A DNA stretch of 48,564 nt. Source: Candidatus Cerribacteria bacterium 'Amazon FNV 2010 28 9'. GTDB lineage: Bacteria > Patescibacteriota > Microgenomatia > UBA1400 > UBA12028. The stretch spans positions 1-48,564 of the forward strand of contig PSRQ01000022.1 in the NCBI GenBank assembly GCA_003176165.1, in the 5' to 3' direction. Shown here piece after piece: positions 34,991 through 42,389 of this stretch (positions are counted from its first letter, which is position 1; each line of letters opens with the position of its first letter). The position numbers were made by a program, and so were the translations under genes. The notes below the pieces were generated by a model that did no database searches, was not told where the DNA came from, and saw only the letters and a program-made list of their open reading frames with translations.

Positions 34991-35866
34991 TCATGAGTCA
35001 ATCATGAGCTTGATAATCTCCTCTATCATCCATTGATGATCCGCAATCCCAGCAACCATTGCAGGAGTAATACCCAACGATCGTTTTGGATTGAGGGATT
35101 GATGTGGTCTGCAGAAGTTGTAATACATGAAATGCAGTGCAACCGCAGCTTCTAGGTTTTCGACTTTCTTGGAAAAGCCATTCGTAAGACGAGTAAATCT
35201 GCGCATACTCATGCGCATCGTGAGATTCTGACGTTCAACAAAGCTTGTGGAGATAAATTTCTTCTTTGGTCTACCACTGATTTTCTTTTTCTCCATGCCG
35301 ATACATTCATGTGGCGAGTAACGACGTTCATGTTCCTCCGTTTCAAAGAAAATGCGACCATACTGCTTCTCAACCATCCCGTAGTGCACGCGCTTCCCGA
35401 AAGTACCTTGAACAGCGTTCTCGTAAGCACGTAGACCATCGGTGCTGAGCTGCACCTTATTCTTCAGTCTTGGTTCCAGATCTTCCATGAAAGTGTACGC
35501 AGACTCCTCATCTCGATGACCGATGAACCATGAAATTACGAGTTTTGAATCACTATCCAGTGCTACCCAGGTCCATATGGTTCCATATCCTTCCTTTCCT
35601 TGAAGGTCTTCAGGAAGGTTCTTTTGTTTGGCGTAACAAAATGACCAGATCTCATCACATTCAATCCGAGAGCAATGAAGGTTTACCAATACTTCATCTT
35701 GATATGCTGAACACGCCTTTCCAACCCGCACCAAAAGCCTCGTAACTGTTCCTTTGGCTGTTCCCGTCATTCGACAGGTGGCACGAATGGAATTGCCTTC
35801 TACAAGGCAAGAAAGGATCTGACATTGCTTCTCTTTACTCAAGACGTTCATCCCTATATTATACAT
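34991..35866 (-). CDS. IS1 family DDE transposase
   Basis: HTH NSIRATCRMTGTAKGTV. ECDEIWSF, LSTDGLRAY and FVERQNLTMRMSMRRFTRLTNGFSKKVENL match the IS1 InsB-type catalytic core. Alternative start ATG 35851. Confidence 0.8.
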   Translation of the reverse strand: MYNIGMNVLSKEKQCQILSCLVEGNSIRATCRMTGTAKGTVTRLLVRVGKACSAYQDEVLVNLHCSRIECDEIWSFCYAKQKNLPEDLQGKEGYGTIWTWVALDSDSKLVISWFIGHRDEESAYTFMEDLEPRLKNKVQLSTDGLRAYENAVQGTFGKRVHYGMVEKQYGRIFFETEEHERRYSPHECIGMEKKKISGRPKKKFISTSFVERQNLTMRMSMRRFTRLTNGFSKKVENLEAAVALHFMYYNFCRPHQSLNPKRSLGITPAMVAGIADHQWMIEEIIKLMIDS

Positions 35867-36018
35867 GAGCGGTCAAGCACAAACTGTGGTCAATTACCAC
35901 TTTCTTTCACAAACAATGGAACGATTTAATATAGTTTGTTATAATAAGATATTGAAACAGCTAGGTAGATCAAGCGGTTCAAAATCTTTATACTGATTTT
36001 AATTAGTTGCTATCTTAT

Positions 36019-36381
36019 ATGACAGATTCTTCTTCTTTTAAAGCAATCGAGTTGACTAGAGCTTTTTTCGAATTAGTTAACGGAGAGGTTGGGCTTTTAA
36101 AGTTCAACATTGATGAATTAACAGAACTTCCAAAAGCCACAGAAAGTGATCCTGAAAAATGGGAAGTTGTTTGTAGCTTTATAGAATCTTTAGGAAGTAG
36201 TGTTCGCTCTAAATATAAGGTAACTGTTAATATCAACAACAATACTTTAATAGTAAAAAAGATTTCCCCTTTAACAGAGGCTCAAAGTCGTGCAGAGGGA
36301 GCTTGGCAATTAACACCTAAAAACCATGGAGATAATGGAGCAAGAACAGATGATTCTGGATCTAAGAAAGCACAAGAGTGA
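36019..36381 (+). CDS. hypothetical acidic protein (possible partner of the PIN-like protein)
   Basis: 120-aa ORF in AT-rich DNA. Its 3' end overlaps the next ORF. Confidence 0.45.
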   Translation: MTDSSSFKAIELTRAFFELVNGEVGLLKFNIDELTELPKATESDPEKWEVVCSFIESLGSSVRSKYKVTVNINNNTLIVKKISPLTEAQSRAEGAWQLTPKNHGDNGARTDDSGSKKAQE

Positions 36382-36895
36382 TTACTTTGGTCAATTCACA
36401 AAGAATGGTGTGATAATCGACACGTGTGTTTTACGAGTGTTAATAGATGGAACAATCCAGTCACAGTTTAGGAAAAAAACTCCCAATGACTTCAACTATC
36501 TTCTAGATTTTCTTGAACTGATAAAAATGAAAAACCAATGGAGTAAGTTTTTCATAACACCTCACATTTTAACCGAAACATGTAGGTATTTCAGAGACGA
36601 ATATAAGGATTGGGCTAATTTCCATGAACTAGTGGCCTTAATAATTCCAATCTTGGATTCAATGGGTGAGTCAAATGAAATTAAAAAAGCAGAAGTTCTT
36701 AATTCTATCGACTTTGTAAAGCCAATTATAGAAATTGGAGATATATCAATCTGCCTAATGGCAAATGATTTCGTAAAAAATAATAAAAAGATAGCATTTC
36801 TCTCGATTGACGGTGGTTTAAACGGGAAATACGCAGCAGACAAAAATGTCCTGGCAATGGACTTCAGACAAAATATTTTTAACTATATTGGTTGA
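36326..36895 (+). CDS. PIN-like domain protein (putative nuclease/toxin)
   Basis: Acidic residues in PIN-like order: VIIDTCVL, ILTET, IGDISI, SIDGG. The start is ambiguous (36326 or 36350). Confidence 0.45.
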   Translation: MEIMEQEQMILDLRKHKSDYFGQFTKNGVIIDTCVLRVLIDGTIQSQFRKKTPNDFNYLLDFLELIKMKNQWSKFFITPHILTETCRYFRDEYKDWANFHELVALIIPILDSMGESNEIKKAEVLNSIDFVKPIIEIGDISICLMANDFVKNNKKIAFLSIDGGLNGKYAADKNVLAMDFRQNIFNYIG

Positions 36896-36897
36896 TT

Positions 36898-37083
36898 TTA
36901 TTTCTTCCACCTTTTTTGAGCCGCCTTCTTCGCAATAGCTCTTCTTTTCTCTGCACTTAATTTAGCCGCTCTTGCTTTTCCACCCTTTAATCCACCTAAT
37001 CGTCCAAGAGCGACTGCAGCAGGATTCTTCTCTTTTGTCGCTCTTTCTGTTACTGACTTTGCAAGTCTATTGATATCCATCAT
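36898..37083 (-). CDS. small Lys/Ala-rich basic protein
   Basis: 61-aa ORF: KNPAAVALGRLGGLKGGKARAAKLSAEKRRAIAKKAAQKRWKK. The upstream motif is shared with the transposase gene. Confidence 0.5.
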   Translation of the reverse strand: MMDINRLAKSVTERATKEKNPAAVALGRLGGLKGGKARAAKLSAEKRRAIAKKAAQKRWKK

Positions 37084-37255
37084 CCCCCTATTTTATTCTA
37101 GTCATACATGACCGGTCAAGTACCTAACTAGAATAAATTCCAATTTGACCCACTACCCTTAAATCTTGCCCGTTTAACTTCGAACCATCTTGAGGTATAA
37201 TGCGATACGGTTAAACAAAACACTGTTTGACCAACAGGGAAGGGGGTGTTCCCTC

Positions 37256-37462
37256 ATGGCAACTATTGTTAAAGCAAAAAAAGACGAAAATACCGATAGC
37301 GTGATCCGCCGTTTTAAGAAACGTATCTTGATTGATGACGTGTTAAATTTGGTGAAGCGCAAAGAGTTTTATTTAAAGCCTGCCTTGCAACGCAAAGAAG
37401 CAAAGAAAGAGCTTGAAAAGAAACTCAACCGAGAACGCCGCCTGCAAAGACGGATGGGCTAA
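37256..37462 (+). CDS. rpsU: 30S ribosomal protein S21
   Basis: MATIVKAKKDENTDSVIRRFKKR..FYLKPALQRKEAKK is typical S21. ATG 37256 is preferred to the track start. Confidence 0.88.
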   Translation: MATIVKAKKDENTDSVIRRFKKRILIDDVLNLVKRKEFYLKPALQRKEAKKELEKKLNRERRLQRRMG

Positions 37463-37508
37463 GTTAGTTTATAGTGCGTAGCGCACAGTTTATAGAAAAT
37501 AAATCACT

Positions 37509-37540
37509 GACGCAGCAGACTAAACACCTGCTGCGTTTTT
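37509..37540 (+). terminator. intrinsic terminator after rpsU
   Basis: GACGCAGCAG .. CTGCTGCGT hairpin followed by T5. Confidence 0.65.
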
Positions 37541-37565
37541 GGATAAAAACGTGTAGGATGGAGCA

Positions 37566-39695
37566 ATGGATAGGATCCCAGGAGACATAAAGGATATAGG
37601 AAAAAGAACAACGGGTGTCATTCCTGAATCATTGCTTCCAGGTGGAAAGGTAGAAGTACGAACGGATGTGCCAGAAGATGTGGTTGTGTCGGAAAAAGCG
37701 AGATTGATGAAAACATTGTTGGAACATAGAGGGAGAGAAGGGATCTCACGCCTTGAGGAAAAACCAAGTCGGCAAGAAGAAAGAAGAACCTCTGAAGGGG
37801 AAAAAACAAAAGAGCACAGAGATCGTACAGAAAAGAGGCGATCCCTTACTCCAAAAACGAAACGGCGATCGTTATCGATCGATCAAACAGTTCATGACAT
37901 AAAAGAAAATTATCGTTTGTCGAGGACTGATCCTGTGGTTCATACAATTCGCGATACATATGCTACTTGGACTCGGACACTGCCGGTACATCGCCGAGTA
38001 TTTCATATGATTCCTCGAGCTTCCGCATTCATATTTGATGGTCCAAATAAATTATTAATTTTTACCAACGCAGCGGCTTCGGGTTCGCTCGAGATACGTA
38101 AAGAGGGTGAGACAGACAAAAAACGTCTTCCTTCGTGGATCTATGAGGTAGGTCGTGCCGTGGTTCCCAGGCAAAATGAAGATGGGACAGTCACGCTTGT
38201 TGATACCTGGAGAAAAGGAAATCCTGGGTTACGAAAAACGGAAGCCGTGTACCCTCTGGTCCAACAATTGGAAATCCCTCAGGAAGTAGAACAGCTCAAT
38301 GTCCAGGATTTATGGGCGCTCATGCTTTCTGCCGTAGCAAGCGAGTATCAGCGTACGGATGTATTACATCATGAGCGGCATGGTGTGCGCGCAGCCGTTC
38401 TCTATGGAGAGCCAGGAAAAAAGGGAAAAGGGGAGCGCAAACTGCTAGTTACCCAAGAGATTCCGTTTGATATTGCGAGTGACTCACAAAAGACAATGGA
38501 GTTTTTGCGTGAAGAAGGAAATATGATTGAGCTTCCGGCTTCTGCTGTTGATGACTTTATTGAGCTTGGACACAAAGGGAACTTACGCATGGGGGATGAA
38601 TTAGGGAAAAGTGACGTTCGTAGATTAACTGAGCCGCAAAGAAAAGCACTGCAAAGCATTGATGTGTGTCTGAGCGTGCGTACAGATGGAGAGTATACAG
38701 AGTTTTCTCAGGCAACTGGTGGTGTGTTAGCTCGTCAACAAATTGAAATGGTATTTCATGAGCAAGAGAAAAACAAGCAAACATACACAATTGATTTTAC
38801 GGTACATTATTCACACCCGTACGTAGATGGAAAAGATGCACTTCCCGCCTTTCGACGCACAAAAAAGAATTTTATTGACAAGGTAAATGAGGTACTCCCT
38901 GGAAAACATGATGAAATACGAGAATTGCGCAGTATGCCAGAAAAAGTGGGAAATGATATCCGTATGTTGGAAGTTTTTTCGAGAGAAGAATGGACTGCTC
39001 TGTATCAAGACATACAGCAGATTCGAAACTTCTTGATGCAGCACGCCACAGAGTTTAACCTGAATGAAAAGGCACTTCTGGCCCAGATGAGTCCTTCGCG
39101 CTTCATTGCAGATCTGATTGATGAATATTTTGGCATTGAAGTGTCTCATTTTCTAGATGCAGAAAGTGGTACCGGTGCTGTAGCACCAACACCATCCTTT
39201 TCCACCCATCTTGTGGAGCGATTAAAAAGTAAAAATCCTCGTCAAATAGAGAAAGCGGGGAAGCTTTTAGCCATTAATGCAACACTGAAAGATCTTTCTC
39301 AAAATCGGGAAGGTCTAGTCCTGGAAACAGCACTCAACACCAGTGGGGCTGCGCGCCCTGGGTTGGAAGTATTGTCGGGCTTTACTCTTCCTCAAGCCCA
39401 GAAGATGCTGACTCGAGTAAAAGCTATGCACTCAGTCGTTATTCAGGATGGAAATATATCCGGGTTTGGATCAGCTCAGGGGTTTTATGATCGCGGTATT
39501 GTTTTTGGATACGCATTTGCCAATCCCAGAGAAAAGGGAGATAATTCTGACCCAGGTCTTATTCTTTCTTTACGGCTTGGTAACAAAATGGGTAGAAAAT
39601 TGCGAAGTTTAGGAAATGCTGTGACCGCTGAAGATATACGTAAGCATATACAAGAAAAAGTGAAAAGTCTGAAAGAAGCATATTCTATCCAGTAA
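37566..39695 (+). CDS. large orphan cytoplasmic protein (709 aa)
   Basis: Long ORF with no TM segment, an Arg/Lys/Glu-rich N-terminal region, and no motif I recognise. Confidence 0.7.
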   Translation: MDRIPGDIKDIGKRTTGVIPESLLPGGKVEVRTDVPEDVVVSEKARLMKTLLEHRGREGISRLEEKPSRQEERRTSEGEKTKEHRDRTEKRRSLTPKTKRRSLSIDQTVHDIKENYRLSRTDPVVHTIRDTYATWTRTLPVHRRVFHMIPRASAFIFDGPNKLLIFTNAAASGSLEIRKEGETDKKRLPSWIYEVGRAVVPRQNEDGTVTLVDTWRKGNPGLRKTEAVYPLVQQLEIPQEVEQLNVQDLWALMLSAVASEYQRTDVLHHERHGVRAAVLYGEPGKKGKGERKLLVTQEIPFDIASDSQKTMEFLREEGNMIELPASAVDDFIELGHKGNLRMGDELGKSDVRRLTEPQRKALQSIDVCLSVRTDGEYTEFSQATGGVLARQQIEMVFHEQEKNKQTYTIDFTVHYSHPYVDGKDALPAFRRTKKNFIDKVNEVLPGKHDEIRELRSMPEKVGNDIRMLEVFSREEWTALYQDIQQIRNFLMQHATEFNLNEKALLAQMSPSRFIADLIDEYFGIEVSHFLDAESGTGAVAPTPSFSTHLVERLKSKNPRQIEKAGKLLAINATLKDLSQNREGLVLETALNTSGAARPGLEVLSGFTLPQAQKMLTRVKAMHSVVIQDGNISGFGSAQGFYDRGIVFGYAFANPREKGDNSDPGLILSLRLGNKMGRKLRSLGNAVTAEDIRKHIQEKVKSLKEAYSIQ

Positions 39696-39708
39696 GAAAG
39701 GAATAAAT

Positions 39709-40101
39709 ATGGATAACATAGATAGACAACGATATTCAACATTGCAACTCACAGAGGATGAAAAAAACGAATTGAGCAACAACATTAAGACGGGCCTCAT
39801 TGATTGGCTTCAAAAATTTCCTCCAGAGAAACTTGGGAAAAAAATAAATGTACACTATGGAGGAGCACAGTACGCAATAACGGTAAATAAGACATCGTCC
39901 AATGGCTTTATCGTCGATATTGATGGCGCAAATTCTCCAATTAGTTCTTTCTCTGTTCTTAAAGAAAAGGATAATTGGGATGTAGCGGTTGTGGATACTG
40001 GTGATTTTGATACAAGGAAGATGGATGATCTTAACACCTCGAGCTTTAGAGAGACTTTGTTGATTCTTTTTATGACAGATAAAAGGGATACTCGTTCATG
40101 A
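39709..40101 (+). CDS. hypothetical protein (130 aa)
   Basis: RBS GAAAGGA upstream. Its TGA overlaps the ybeY ATG (ATGA). Confidence 0.55.
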   Translation: MDNIDRQRYSTLQLTEDEKNELSNNIKTGLIDWLQKFPPEKLGKKINVHYGGAQYAITVNKTSSNGFIVDIDGANSPISSFSVLKEKDNWDVAVVDTGDFDTRKMDDLNTSSFRETLLILFMTDKRDTRS

Positions 40102-40535
40102 CTACCGTTTTTCTTACTGCTGGCTCTCGCTATCCTGTGGATCGCAAAAAAATCCGTTCATTTGTCCAGGAATTTTTGCACTCGCACGGAGTAGACGATG
40201 CTGTGATCAATATCTCTATTGTTGGTGAGCGTAAAATAACAGAATTAAATGAAAAATATTTACATCATGAAGGAGTCACGGATGTCCTTTCCTTTCCCCA
40301 ATATGAGAAGGGAAGTGACGTGGATTATGAGTCCACACTCGATCCTATTCCACAAAAAAATGACGAACAACCCTTTGTGAATGCTTCTGACTCTCCTCGT
40401 CATCTGGGGGATGTTGTTGTCTGTTTTCCTGAAGTAGTGCGCCAAGCGATGAAGCGGGGAAAAATGGTGGATGATCACATCTGTTTTTTGATAGAACACA
40501 GCTTGCAGCACTTACTGGGCATTCATCATGAGTAA
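40098..40535 (+). CDS. ybeY: endoribonuclease YbeY
   Basis: HSLQHLLGIHH zinc-binding H-x3-H-x5-H motif. Confidence 0.85.
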   Translation: MTTVFLTAGSRYPVDRKKIRSFVQEFLHSHGVDDAVINISIVGERKITELNEKYLHHEGVTDVLSFPQYEKGSDVDYESTLDPIPQKNDEQPFVNASDSPRHLGDVVVCFPEVVRQAMKRGKMVDDHICFLIEHSLQHLLGIHHE

Positions 40536-40544
40536 CTTTTCGTT

Positions 40545-40573
40545 TTGACAATTTTCCCTAAACTTCGTATTGT
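40545..40573 (+). promoter_or_regulatory. sigma70-like promoter upstream of dnaX
   Basis: TTGACA, a 17-nt spacer, then TATTGT. Confidence 0.5.
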
Positions 40574-40604
40574 GCATTCTAGTGGCTAGTTTTCCTTGTT
40601 GTTT

Positions 40605-40633
40605 GAAAATTAAAAATTTGTAAATTGAAAATT
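40605..40633. repeat. left inverted heptamer arm flanking dnaX
   Basis: GAAAATT AAAAATT T GTAAATT GAAAATT, 27/29 identical to the reverse complement of 42317-42345. Confidence 0.85.
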
Positions 40634-40640
40634 GATTTGT

Positions 40641-42314
40641 ATGTCTTGGTATCGTCAATATCGACCACAAACTGTAGCTGGTCTTCACATCACTCCCGTG
40701 CGGGAGAATTTTTTACATATCTTGGAAAGTGGATCCTTTGCGCATGCGTACCTTCTCTGTGGTCCCAAAGGAACGGGGAAGACAAGCGGTGCACGGATAT
40801 TGGCAAAAGTGTTGAACTGTGAAAAAAATAGGGAAACAATACAGAGGGGATGGGTTGGGGATCAGGGGTTAGAAAAGAAAGCGGAAAGTGGAAAGGGGAA
40901 AACGCTTGACGCTAAACGCTTCACTCTCTGTGAGCCATGCAATGTATGTCCAACGTGTATCGCCATCACCAATGGAACGAGTATGTGTGTGACAGAAATG
41001 GATGCGGCGAGCAATCGTGGGATTGATGATATTCGAGAGTTGACCACGAGGGTGGGGCTTTCTCCAGCAGATGGAGTAGTCAGTGTGTACATTATTGATG
41101 AAGTGCATATGCTCACAACTGAGGCATTTAATGCCCTGTTGAAAGTGTTGGAAGAGCCACCACAGCACGTTGTCTTTATTTTAGCGACAACAGAGCGTCA
41201 CAAAGTTCCTGAGACGATTTTGTCCCGTTGTCAGCTGATCGCGTATCGCAAAGCCACTATTGATGAGGTATGGGTGGCCCTGCGCGCGATTGCAACGGCC
41301 GAAAGAATTGAGGCAAGTGATGAAGTGTTGCGACGGATCGCCACTCTTGCAGATGGGAGTTTACGTGATGGAGTGAAGTTGTTTGAGCAGGTTGGAAAAG
41401 GGAAAACGAGTGTCACCTTGGACGAAGTGAATAGCTCACTTGGAGAGGGAAATAGTGAGATTGTGGAACAATTCATCACTGCGTTAGCAAAAAAAGATAT
41501 CGAGCGCATCCTTACACTTTGTTCTACCCTTGAACAGGGAAGCATCAATGGAGCTCAGTTTCAAAAAGATGTTCTTTCGTCACTGCATGCACGACTCATT
41601 GGAGCCCCTGCAAAAAAGAATCCCCATTTTCCAACCTATGTGGCACTGTTACAAAAGTTAAACGTTGCTATTTCTCCCAATCTTCCCATTCCTTGGCTTC
41701 CATTTGAACTCGCAGCAATGGAGTGGTGTCTCTCCTCTTGTCATTCCGTAGGAGGCAGCGAAGCGTGCCTGCATACGGAATCCACTAAAACTGAACTCAA
41801 TTCGTTGTCTGAGCGAAAAAAGTCAAGCGATAAACCAGATGCAACATTCAAAAATGAGGAGCAAGCAAGTTCTACTCTTGATTCTTTACCCTTAACCCTT
41901 CCAAAAGAAAAAGAAGTTGTTGATGTAAAAAAAAAGAATGAAGAGCCTCTTGAGTTAGAAAGTATCCCCATTGATTTTCAAACATTTCTCTCCTCCTGGC
42001 ATAGTGTATTGCAGTTACTCAAAAGTAAAAACTCTTCACTGGAGGCATTATTACGCTCGACAAAGCCCACAGGTATTGCCGGAAAATATGTTGAAGTCAG
42101 TGTGTCATACAAATTTCACAAAGAGCAACTGGAATTGGATCGCAATTTACTTGTCATCGAAGATGTGTTGTTTGCGATTTATAAATTGAAAATGACGCTA
42201 CGTTTTTCACTCGTTGAAAAAGCAAAGCAAGCTGCCATTTCTCCTGACAGTAATTTGTCGGGAGTGGTACACGATGTATCGCTCGTCAAAGCTGCCGAAG
42301 ATGCATTCCTGTGA
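40641..42314 (+). CDS. dnaX: DNA polymerase III subunit gamma/tau
   Basis: WYRQYRPQT, GPKGTGKTS Walker A, the CEPCNVCPTC zinc module, and the SRC motif (ILSRCQ). Confidence 0.9.
   Translation: MSWYRQYRPQTVAGLHITPVRENFLHILESGSFAHAYLLCGPKGTGKTSGARILAKVLNCEKNRETIQRGWVGDQGLEKKAESGKGKTLDAKRFTLCEPCNVCPTCIAITNGTSMCVTEMDAASNRGIDDIRELTTRVGLSPADGVVSVYIIDEVHMLTTEAFNALLKVLEEPPQHVVFILATTERHKVPETILSRCQLIAYRKATIDEVWVALRAIATAERIEASDEVLRRIATLADGSLRDGVKLFEQVGKGKTSVTLDEVNSSLGEGNSEIVEQFITALAKKDIERILTLCSTLEQGSINGAQFQKDVLSSLHARLIGAPAKKNPHFPTYVALLQKLNVAISPNLPIPWLPFELAAMEWCLSSCHSVGGSEACLHTESTKTELNSLSERKKSSDKPDATFKNEEQASSTLDSLPLTLPKEKEVVDVKKKNEEPLELESIPIDFQTFLSSWHSVLQLLKSKNSSLEALLRSTKPTGIAGKYVEVSVSYKFHKEQLELDRNLLVIEDVLFAIYKLKMTLRFSLVEKAKQAAISPDSNLSGVVHDVSLVKAAEDAFL
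40881..40929. repeat. seven tandem heptamers in frame in the dnaX zinc-module loop
   Basis: GCGGAAA GTGGAAA GGGGAAA ACGCTTG ACGCTAA ACGCTTC ACTCTCT. CTTGACGCT..CGCTTCAC also occurs at 20606-20626. Confidence 0.65.
41738..41783. repeat. GTCATTCCGTAGGAGGCAG..GCCTGCATACGGAATCC element in frame in dnaX
   Basis: Same element type as the secD tail copy (25689-25750). It encodes CHSVGGSEACLHTES. Confidence 0.7.
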
Positions 42315-42316
42315 AA

Positions 42317-42345
42317 AATTTTCAATTTACGAATTTTCAATTTTC
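42317..42345. repeat. right inverted heptamer arm flanking dnaX
   Basis: AATTTTC AATTTAC G AATTTTC AATTTTC, starting 2 nt after the dnaX stop. Confidence 0.85.
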
Positions 42346-42389
42346 ATTCGTCGTGTTACCATAGCGCTGTTAAAAGAAAAAGGAGTCGT

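Larger units (their letters stand above)
34368..37157 (-). mobile_element. IS1-family transposon (2790 bp) with cargo genes
   Basis: Terminal inverted repeats AGTAGTGGGTCAGTTTGAA (34368-) and the reverse complement of the right end, GGTAGTGGGTCAAATTGGA (15/19 matching). Flanked by the 8-bp direct repeat CTTAAATC (34360-67 and 37158-65). Contains an IS1-like DDE transposase. Confidence 0.75.

Noticed and set aside
40536-40640. Looked for SRP RNA (ffs/scr), which precedes dnaX in Bacillus subtilis.
   Set aside because: The spacer is only 105 nt, AT-rich, and lacks the GGAA tetraloop/helix 8 motif. It contains a promoter and a heptamer arm instead.
41601-41618. dnaX contains the slippery heptamer A AAA AAG (41612-18) in the zero-frame phasing used for -1 frameshifting in E. 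coli dnaX, with a GGAG 7 nt upstream.
   Set aside because: It lies about 35 codons before the end of domain III, and the -1 frame runs 28 more codons. The product would lack part of the collar domain. I see no convincing downstream stem-loop, and Lys-Lys AAAAAAG strings are expected by chance in this composition.
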